In this document: piece by piece, positions 1 to 5,818 of the stretch
Layout: every line of letters begins with the position of its first letter
How positions within the stretch are numbered: position 1 is the first letter of the stretch
Virus record (IMG/VR): IMGVR_UViG_3300000439_000006
Source of the DNA: a virus
Lineage: Duplodnaviria; Heunggongvirae; Uroviricota; Caudoviricetes
Length of the DNA: 64,000 bases
Reading direction: 5' to 3' (one strand)
Notes under the pieces: generated by a model
Told to the model about the DNA's origin: nothing
What the model saw: only the letters and a program-made list of their open reading frames with translations
Databases searched by the model: none
Program-made: the position numbers and the translations under genes

Positions 1-88
1 GTTTCCCACATAAACTGATGTGTTTTTAGTCAAAGACATAAGCCCTGTAGACAAATAGTCTATGTTAGGGCTCACATCTAAGAATACA

Positions 89-235
89 TTAAATAAATAG
101 GTTTTTCTGTACGTAGACTTTCTCTACAACAGTTACTTCTGTTCCTTTTACAAAGAGTTTTTCTCCTGCAGACAGATTCATTGTGGAACCGATAATAAAT
201 ACCTGAGCTCCTAACATTACCCAATACTTTTTCAT
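89..235 (-). CDS. Small hypothetical protein (48 aa, MKKYWVMLGAQVFII...), hydrophobic N-terminus
   Basis: Translated by hand (below the ORF track cutoff); ATG at 235 after an A-rich region, TAA at 91-89. Confidence 0.5.
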   Translation of the reverse strand: MKKYWVMLGAQVFIIGSTMNLSAGEKLFVKGTEVTVVEKVYVQKNLFI

Positions 236-272
236 TGTGTTATATATTTTTTTGGTGATGAAAAACAATGTT

Positions 273-298
273 AAAAATAGAGGGAATAGTCACCCTCT
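273..298 (-). terminator. Intrinsic terminator
   Basis: Minus strand AGAGGG-TGACTATT-CCCTCT followed by ATTTTT. Confidence 0.6.
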
Positions 299-582
299 TA
301 TATGCTCACTATAATCGAACACTTTGTTTAAATTCTTTGTGTAGCTTGTGACCTCTGGTCCTACACACGCTCTTTTAAACCACACATAGATATGCGTGAG
401 AAAAAATAGAAGGGATTACACCTTTTTACACTCGAACTTCACGAGCTTTGATGACTTATTAAAGTCTCTAGATTTGACAGGTTCCTCAAACCCATCCTCT
501 TGCTATGTTTAGGTATTATCCCCTTCCCGATTTCTCAAGTCGGGGATATACACAAAAAGCTCGTTATCCTTTGTCGCGGATG

Positions 583-1332
583 TTATAATCCTTTAGAGAA
601 GAAATCCACATAAACCTCTTCGTCTACATTAGCAAACTCTAACCTTGATAGGTTCTTAGTTAAATACTTAGTAAACTTCTTATGATTGTATGTAGATATG
701 TTAGTCATAACAAACTGTACATAGGCTTCAATTATTTTACGATTGTCATGATGAACGTTTCTCTTAGGAATGATTCTTAGTATATCTGTCAGATAATCTA
801 AAATCATAAGCGCCTCGGCCTCATTCTTAATAACCAATGTACCTTTCTTTATCACACTCCCTAATACAAAAAGTCTTGGAGATCTGTTTAGTATATTAGC
901 TAATACACTAAGCTCCACATCATATATACTATGATATTTTAGTAGCTTACTATAATCAGGATTGATATACGCCCATACAGTGGCATAGTCAACAAGAGTC
1001 CAAGACTTAGAACTATTGTTTAACAGCGCCAAGTTCTCTACAAGTTGTTCCTTAGTTTTAATCTCCATCTTTACATATGGTATATCACAACCAAGTCTTA
1101 AGAGCGCATGAAACAGATGCTGACCATCTATGACATATAGCCCTGGAATAGGAAGAAAGTCTATCTGCGCCACGATAACAGGTCTACATATACCCATTTG
1201 TTCAACAGATTGAGCTAGCATTGTCACACGACTGGGTATCACCTTCCTGTTAATACCCTCTAGCATTCTAAAACCTTGTTTGCTTTTTGTACCTAATGTA
1301 CAAATCTGACCTAATAAGTTTGTAATGTTCAT
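583..1332 (-). CDS. ParB/Srx-like N-terminal domain protein (DGQH motif)
   Basis: RKVIPSRV..LAQSV..G..RPVIV...YVIDGQHLFHAL matches the ParB-N/DGQHR signature. Confidence 0.7.
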   Translation of the reverse strand: MNITNLLGQICTLGTKSKQGFRMLEGINRKVIPSRVTMLAQSVEQMGICRPVIVAQIDFLPIPGLYVIDGQHLFHALLRLGCDIPYVKMEIKTKEQLVENLALLNNSSKSWTLVDYATVWAYINPDYSKLLKYHSIYDVELSVLANILNRSPRLFVLGSVIKKGTLVIKNEAEALMILDYLTDILRIIPKRNVHHDNRKIIEAYVQFVMTNISTYNHKKFTKYLTKNLSRLEFANVDEEVYVDFFSKGL

Positions 1333-1591
1333 TGTCTTTTTTTTTTGATGTGTTATTGTTATAGCTATACTGATCCGCGTTTTTTGTGGTTTTTCTTAGG
1401 CTTTTTATATGTTGATGAAACAGAGGACGTGTTGTTTCCCACCCTCTCACAGACACATAACTCCTTGGTTTTCAGTGAGTTATGTATTTTCAGAAGACAG
1501 ATTTCACATGTCACATGGCACACGTTTCCGTGTTCGTCAACAGCGTAGCTGTGTTCGTCTGATATGCGAGATGTGTTGTGTGAAACTTAAA

Positions 1592-1625
1592 GAAAGAGCC
1601 CAATCCATATAGATTAGGCTCTTCT
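1592..1625 (-). terminator. Intrinsic terminator after the 190-aa gene
   Basis: Minus strand AAGAGCCTAATC-TATATG-GATTGGGCTCTT then TCTTT. Confidence 0.65.
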
Positions 1626-1640
1626 AAGTGTTCTTTTAAA

Positions 1641-2213
1641 TTAGAACGCAGGTTCTTCTTTGATTTCTTCTTCAAACTCTTCTTCTTTCTCTTCGACAGG
1701 CTTAGTAGTATTTTCGCTAAGAGCTCTTAGCTTTTCAGCATTAGCTTTGGTAGCTGCTATACCTTTAAGTCTTTTCTCTTCGATTTTAACTTTTGCAAGA
1801 GTGGAAGAAACAATATTAACAGTAGCGTCTTTGTAAATCTCGCCTTTTACAAAGTTACTAATGTTATTAGAGTTAGTCAAGATGAAAGAATAAGTCTTTT
1901 CATCTCCATTAGCTGCTGTATAAGTTTTACCTTCTACAACGTTAGCGATTCTGTCTTCAGCTGAAGTGATGACAGCAATACCTGTACCGCCCGCGCGATA
2001 TTCGTCTTTACCTATTGTTATTGATGAACCTGTCAGTTCATCTAACAATGTTAGGTCAACCCCCTTTCTTTCGAGAAAGTTGTGAGTTAAAGCAACTTCG
2101 ACAGTTTTGTTGTCCGAAGTGGTACATTCTACCATAGCGTATTCTCTACCATTAATGGTCTGACTAAAGTTGTTTACGCCTACAATCTTTAGTGTGTTTG
2201 TTCTCTTTGACAT
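1641..2213 (-). CDS. Hypothetical protein, possibly SSB-like (beta-rich N-terminus, acidic tail ending in Phe)
   Basis: 190-aa ORF with C-terminus EEKEEEFEEEIKEEPAF. Confidence 0.6.
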   Translation of the reverse strand: MSKRTNTLKIVGVNNFSQTINGREYAMVECTTSDNKTVEVALTHNFLERKGVDLTLLDELTGSSITIGKDEYRAGGTGIAVITSAEDRIANVVEGKTYTAANGDEKTYSFILTNSNNISNFVKGEIYKDATVNIVSSTLAKVKIEEKRLKGIAATKANAEKLRALSENTTKPVEEKEEEFEEEIKEEPAF

Positions 2214-2306
2214 GTTTAAATGTTTTAGATATGAATAAAAATAATTGACTTGTTAAAGGACAACCTATATCACTGATTACAACAGAAGATACTCGGAAGC
2301 CTAATT

Positions 2307-2338
2307 TTATAAAGGAGTGCTGCGAAGCAGAGTGGAAT
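2307..2338 (-). promoter_or_regulatory. Conserved hairpin element, copy 1 (candidate phage-RNAP early promoter)
   Basis: + strand TTATAAAGGAGT-G-CTGC-GAA-GCAG-AGTGGAAT; repeated at 2724-2755. Confidence 0.5.
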
Positions 2339-2353
2339 ATATCCGCTAAGGAA

Positions 2354-2380
2354 AGAGGAGCTTTGTGGGCTCCTCTTTGT
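2354..2380 (-). terminator. Intrinsic terminator (perfect 10-bp stem)
   Basis: AAAGAGGAGC-TTTGTGG-GCTCCTCTTT immediately after the stop codon of the Zn-ribbon gene. Confidence 0.7.
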
Positions 2381-2641
2381 TTAGTTGCTTACTAACCCTT
2401 TATTTAAAACGCGCATCTCTATAGCTTTTTGTTTTAACTTTTTCATTTGTAAATAATCTTTTGAGTTTAGATAGTTAGCTTGTTGTTGTTTAATGTTTCT
2501 GGATGTTCTTTGACGAAATAAACTATCTTCTATATAATATGTATCGTTACATTCAATACAAATAGTCTCAGTATTTATAGCTTCATGAGGAAGTCTTTCT
2601 GTTATCTTTTCGCAGTTAGGACAAAAATATTGATCTGACAT
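2381..2641 (-). CDS. Small Zn-ribbon protein (CPNC...CIEC)
   Basis: The ORF track start (2836) crosses a hairpin and repeats, so MSDQYFCPNC at 2641 is the more likely start. Confidence 0.6.
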   Translation of the reverse strand: MSDQYFCPNCEKITERLPHEAINTETICIECNDTYYIEDSLFRQRTSRNIKQQQANYLNSKDYLQMKKLKQKAIEMRVLNKGLVSN

Positions 2642-2660
2642 GTGTATATATTTAGTTGAT

Positions 2661-2702
2661 TTGTTAAAGGACATATCTAATTTGTTAAAAGACATATCTA
2701 AT
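2661..2702. repeat. Tandem 21-bp direct repeat TTGTTAAA(G/A)GACATATCTAAT x2
   Basis: Two adjacent copies with one mismatch; the core TTAAAGGACA also occurs at 2253 and 2974. Confidence 0.85.
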
Positions 2703-2723
2703 ATAAACAGAACATATCTAAGC

Positions 2724-2755
2724 TTATAAAGGAGTTCGCTGAAAGCGAGTGGAAT
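2724..2755 (-). promoter_or_regulatory. Conserved hairpin element, copy 2
   Basis: TTATAAAGGAGT-TCGCT-GAA-AGCG-AGTGGAAT; same flanks and spacing as copy 1 but a different stem sequence. Confidence 0.5.
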
Positions 2756-2770
2756 GTTCGTATAAACAAA

Positions 2771-2798
2771 AGTAAGCTCCCAATTAAGGGAGCTTATT
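2771..2798 (-). terminator. Hairpin, probable terminator
   Basis: AGTAAGCTCCC-AATTAA-GGGAGCTTATT; on the minus strand it is followed by TTTG. Confidence 0.5.
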
Positions 2799-3181
2799 GT
2801 GGTGCCGACTAAGGCTGTTGTGGTATTACATCTCAAAGTTATAAGAGAAAACCTTTTGTAAATGGGTAAGCGGCATTATAACCCTCCCCCTGACATTTCT
2901 ATATGTAGTTGTATTGATCCGTAATGTTGAATCAACCTACAGAGATTATCTTGTATGATTTTCTCCTAAATTATTAAAGGACAAAAACTCTCAGCTCAGA
3001 AACATGCGAAACTTCCAAAACCTTCCCAAAGACTAAAGGAGTTTTGTTTCAAAAGACTTTCCCTGAACTTGATAGGGGGTCAGGGTCGCGAGTTCCGAGC
3101 CGGGGCTTCTGACTTGGGGGGTCTTAACATCCTCTATTACAAGATCTTTTTTTAGGGGGTAAAAAAATTTTTGTATATTGT

Positions 3182-3287
3182 AAGTGGTGGCCGCCTTTAT
3201 TAGAGAGTAAGCTGTATTGAAAAGGGTGGTGTAGAACAGTGCATCATCAACCTGTATGTAAGTTTAGCCCCTGGTAAAGAACCACTT
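3182..3287 (+). ncRNA. Candidate structured small RNA (about 105 nt)
   Basis: Closing helix AAGTGGT/ACCACTT and internal helix GCCGCCTTT/AAAGGGTGGT; GTATATTGTAA motif upstream, terminator downstream, no credible ORF. Confidence 0.5.
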
Positions 3288-3330
3288 GTCTTCTTAGAGG
3301 TCTCACTTCCTTTGAGAAGGCATTTTTTTT
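3288..3330 (+). terminator. Intrinsic terminator
   Basis: GTCTTCTTAGAGG-TCTCACTT-CCTTTGAGAAGGC followed by ATTTTTTTT. Confidence 0.7.
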
Positions 3331-3347
3331 AGAAAAATAAAAAAAGA

Positions 3348-3379
3348 TTTGGTGGAGAAAAGATATACCCTTATCTTTG
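3348..3379 (+). promoter_or_regulatory. Bacteroidota primary-sigma promoter for the tRNA operon
   Basis: TTTG (3348-51), 20-nt spacer, TATCTTTG (3372-79); matches the -33/-7 consensus TTTG-N19-21-TAnnTTTG. Confidence 0.8.
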
Positions 3380-3386
3380 TAATGTA

Positions 3387-3449
3387 ATGAAAAAGAATAC
3401 ACAACATACACAACAGTTTCCGACAACGCCTTGTTTTACAAGACGATGA
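3387..3449 (+). CDS. Attenuator leader peptide MKKNTQHTQQFPTTPCFTRR (20 aa)
   Basis: ATG at 3387, TGA at 3447-49; codons 5-18 encode only Thr, Gln, His, Phe, Pro and Cys, the six downstream tRNAs. Confidence 0.8.
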   Translation: MKKNTQHTQQFPTTPCFTRR

Positions 3450-3491
3450 TGAACTAGTGTATATATGTGTGAAAGATATGTCCCTGGTTCA
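3450..3491 (+). promoter_or_regulatory. Antiterminator hairpin (2:3) of the attenuator
   Basis: TGAACTAG (3450-57) pairs with CTGGTTCA (3484-91) and GTATAT (3459-64) with ATATGT (3476-81); this sequesters the terminator 5' arm. Confidence 0.7.
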
Positions 3492-3511
3492 GAAATGAGC
3501 CGGGGATTTTT
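3481..3511 (+). terminator. Attenuator terminator hairpin (3:4)
   Basis: TCCCTGGTTCA-GAAA-TGAGCCGGGGA then TTTTT, ending 5 nt before tRNA-Pro. Confidence 0.85.
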
Positions 3512-3516
3512 AATTT

Positions 3517-3588
3517 AGGGTGGTTGACCAATGGTAGGTCCCTTGCTTTGGGAGCAAGTGCGTGCAGGTTCGAGTCCTGTCCACCCTA
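3517..3588 (+). tRNA. tRNA-Pro (TGG)
   Basis: Acceptor AGGGTGG/CCACCCT, anticodon arm CTTGC-TTTGGGA-GCAAG, T-loop TTCGAGT; CCA not encoded. Confidence 0.9.
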
Positions 3589-3597
3589 CAAATATAA

Positions 3598-3669
3598 GAG
3601 AGGTTGACCGAGTGGTTTAGGTGATGGTCTGCAAAACCATCTACGTTTGTTCGATTCAAACACTTCTCT
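3598..3669 (+). tRNA. tRNA-Cys (GCA)
   Basis: Acceptor GAGAGGT/ACTTCTC, anticodon arm ATGGT-CTGCAAA-ACCAT, U73 discriminator. Confidence 0.9.
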
Positions 3670-3673
3670 CTAT

Positions 3674-3747
3674 GGTGAATAAGCTAACTTGGTAGAAGCA
3701 CTGGTCTGAAAAACCAGAGGAGTTAGGTTCGATTCCAACATTCACCA
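3674..3747 (+). tRNA. tRNA-Phe (GAA)
   Basis: Acceptor GGTGAAT/ATTCACC, anticodon arm CTGGT-CTGAAAA-ACCAG; irregular T-stem. Confidence 0.85.
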
Positions 3748-3755
3748 CAACACAC

Positions 3756-3827
3756 GCCTCCTAAGCATATACGGTGATGTGCCTCTCTTGTAAAGAGGAA
3801 AACCGGGTTCGAGTACCGGAGGAGGCT
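3756..3827 (+). tRNA. tRNA-Thr (TGT)
   Basis: Acceptor GCCTCCT/AGGAGGC, anticodon arm CCTCT-CTTGTAA-AGAGG; G53-A61 mismatch. Confidence 0.88.
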
Positions 3828-3834
3828 CTTATAT

Positions 3835-3906
3835 TCTTCCATGGTATAATGGTTAGTACAGGAGTTTTTGGAGCTCTTAGTCTTTGTTCGATTCAAAGTG
3901 GAAGAA
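3835..3906 (+). tRNA. tRNA-Gln (TTG)
   Basis: Acceptor TCTTCCA/TGGAAGA, anticodon arm GGAGT-TTTTGGA-GCTCT, T-arm CTTTG-TTCGATT-CAAAG. Confidence 0.85.
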
Positions 3907-3908
3907 CT

Positions 3909-3980
3909 GTGGCTATAGCTCAACGGGAAGAGTGTTAGCTTGTGGCGCTAAAGGTGCCGGTTCGGTTCCGGCTAGTCACC
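3909..3980 (+). tRNA. tRNA-His (GTG)
   Basis: Acceptor GTGGCTA/TAGTCAC, anticodon arm TTAGC-TTGTGGC-GCTAA, C73; position -1 is T rather than G. Confidence 0.88.
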
Positions 3981-3986
3981 CTATTT

Positions 3987-4025
3987 GTCAAGTATTCTGT
4001 ATAGGATACTTGACTTTTTATTTTT
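3987..4025 (+). terminator. Terminator closing the tRNA operon
   Basis: GTCAAGTATTCT-GTAT-AGGATACTTGAC then TTTTTATTTTT. Confidence 0.85.
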
Positions 4026-4101
4026 ATCCACACCCATGTGGAAACAATCTTTCTAAAGATAACTTTAATATATATAAATTTGCTAAGTTTAAACTTTTTA
4101 A

Positions 4102-4112
4102 GTATATTATAG
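4102..4112 (+). promoter_or_regulatory. GTATATT(A/G)TA motif, candidate late promoter
   Basis: Seven intergenic copies: 3173, 4102, 14473, 23277, 31004, 38335, 45830. Confidence 0.55.
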
Positions 4113-4113
4113 T

Positions 4114-4335
4114 ATGAATACATCAACAGGTATGGAAGGTAAACTAAGTCACTACCGCCAGACAACCAACAGAAATGGGGATCCTATAAATGTCCCAGTA
4201 ATCGATGTCCGTGATGGAATCGGTGAGCGTCTTTTAGCTGAAAGCATTATAAGACGATCGAGTGTAAGTCAGTTTATATCTTATAACCAATATCACACAT
4301 CTCATAAAAAGAATGCTAATGATACATCGCTGTAA
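4114..4335 (+). CDS. Hypothetical protein (73 aa)
   Basis: ORF immediately after the promoter motif. Confidence 0.5.
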   Translation: MNTSTGMEGKLSHYRQTTNRNGDPINVPVIDVRDGIGERLLAESIIRRSSVSQFISYNQYHTSHKKNANDTSL

Positions 4336-4603
4336 GGCCGAGTGTAGCCGCCATGATGAAGCTACAGAACAATTGTTAGGACAGAGTTCTAGTGTATGGC
4401 TTCCATTTGCTTTTCTTCTGGACACCGTCACTGTTATTAAGTTGACATCAGATGATCCTGATGATTGGAACTATGGATGCACAACTATTTATATGGATAC
4501 AAGATCTTTTATTATAGACACACCGTATAAGAAGTTTGAAAAAATCTGGTTTGAATACATGACTGAAGGATCTGTAGGAAAAGAAAAAGATTTAGAATTA
4601 TAA
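4319..4603 (+). CDS. Hypothetical protein
   Basis: ORF track 4313-4603; in-frame ATG at 4319. Confidence 0.65.
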   Translation: MIHRCKAECSRHDEATEQLLGQSSSVWLPFAFLLDTVTVIKLTSDDPDDWNYGCTTIYMDTRSFIIDTPYKKFEKIWFEYMTEGSVGKEKDLEL

Positions 4604-4614
4604 AACCAACACAT

Positions 4615-4998
4615 ATGTCAGAAGGACAATTTTTAGACAAGCCTGAAGAATCAAAGGCTCCTAGTAAAGAAGAGATCATAGCAATGCTAAATGATCAAAT
4701 AGAAGTGAAAGAGTTACAAGTTCGTTTAGCTAAGGCTAATATGGAACTTGCTGTATGTAGAGCCAAAGAGATTGAAGCGTTAGGATTTATTGGTCAAGCT
4801 ATGGCTGGTCCTAAACAACAAACACCTCCAGGTAATTTACACACCATCACACAAGAAGATCTTGATAACAATCCAGAGCTTGTTGATGAAGGATTAAAAG
4901 TTGGTGATCAAGTGATGATACCAACACAAGAGCAAGTAGCTAAAGCTGAGCTTGATGCAAAAGAAAAGTCTAAGCGCTCTTTAAAAAAAGTTGATTAA
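4615..4998 (+). CDS. Hypothetical protein (coiled-coil N-terminal half)
   Basis: 127-aa ORF with an A-rich initiation region. Confidence 0.75.
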   Translation: MSEGQFLDKPEESKAPSKEEIIAMLNDQIEVKELQVRLAKANMELAVCRAKEIEALGFIGQAMAGPKQQTPPGNLHTITQEDLDNNPELVDEGLKVGDQVMIPTQEQVAKAELDAKEKSKRSLKKVD

Positions 4999-5052
4999 GG
5001 GATCTAAGGGAGTGGCGAAATCCACTCCCTCATAGATTAAAAAAGAAAACCA

Positions 5053-5421
5053 ATGGCAATAGTAAACAAAGTAGATAAACGAATGAAGATGGCTAGATGG
5101 GACATAGTTAAGTTCCAACTACTAACTTATTGTTATCTATACAAGGTACAAGTGAGTGACGCGGACTTAGAATGTCTGACACTTCTTGCGATGGAAGGGG
5201 ACCAGGAACTAACATCCTTCTGTAACAAAGCTAATGATAAAAAGATATTCTCCTCTATACAGAGTGTGCGCAACTGTCTTACAAAAGCTGAAAAGAAAAA
5301 CCTCCTTGTGAAGGAAGGAAAAAACAAAAAGAAGATTTATATAAACCCTGTATTAAACATACAGAGTGAGGGTAATATATTGTTAAACTATCAATTCTTA
5401 AGCGTTGTTACTCCATCCTAA
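5053..5421 (+). CDS. Hypothetical protein, possibly winged-helix DNA-binding
   Basis: SIQSVRNCLTKAEKKNLLVK...KKIYINP resembles a wHTH recognition helix and wing. Confidence 0.55.
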   Translation: MAIVNKVDKRMKMARWDIVKFQLLTYCYLYKVQVSDADLECLTLLAMEGDQELTSFCNKANDKKIFSSIQSVRNCLTKAEKKNLLVKEGKNKKKIYINPVLNIQSEGNILLNYQFLSVVTPS

Positions 5422-5818
5422 GAAAGCTAAAAGAGATGTTGGGGTTGTAGCACAAGAAGTGGATCTTCCTGAAAGTGTTGTAAAAGACGTAGTGGATTAT
5501 TATTGGAGAGAAGTGAGAAGAACACTATCGTCTCTATCATATCCACGAGTTCACATAACAAACCTTGGAGACTTTACAATCAAACACTGGAAGCTTGATG
5601 ATATGATTGATAAGCATGAGAAGTTTGAAGAGAGTAATAAACAAAAAGGTATGCAACAGATGACCGCGAGGTTTAAGACAGCTGAAAACCTTTTTGCTTT
5701 ACGAAACATGAAGAGGTTGATAGATGAGGAAAAAGATAGAAAAGAAATCGTTAAAGTGACAAAACAACTAGACTATGAAATTAAGCAAAAAGAACATAAT
5801 AAGGATTTGGAAAACTAA
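5405..5818 (+). CDS. HU/IHF-like DNA-binding protein
   Basis: VAQEVDLPESVVKDVVDYYW...RVHITNLGDFTIK fits the HU/IHF helix-helix-beta pattern; TTG start. Confidence 0.6.
   Translation: MLLHPKKAKRDVGVVAQEVDLPESVVKDVVDYYWREVRRTLSSLSYPRVHITNLGDFTIKHWKLDDMIDKHEKFEESNKQKGMQQMTARFKTAENLFALRNMKRLIDEEKDRKEIVKVTKQLDYEIKQKEHNKDLEN

Noticed and set aside
1-39. Possible gene start on the minus strand (MSLTKNTSVYVGN...) running off the window
   Set aside because: Only 13 codons are visible, which is insufficient support
330-480. Group I intron or tRNA-like remnant (minus strand AGAGACT, GTTCGA)
   Set aside because: I could not build the P3-P7 core or a cloverleaf, and no interrupted gene flanks it
2642-2836. 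N-terminal extension of the 151-aa minus-strand ORF
   Set aside because: It runs through a hairpin, the conserved element and a tandem repeat (giving the artefactual DMSFNK twice); the start at 2641 is preferred
3723-4165. ORF-track entries 3723-3923(-), 3884-4117(+) and 3935-4165(-)
   Set aside because: They overlap well-formed tRNA genes and the operon terminator, so they are spurious
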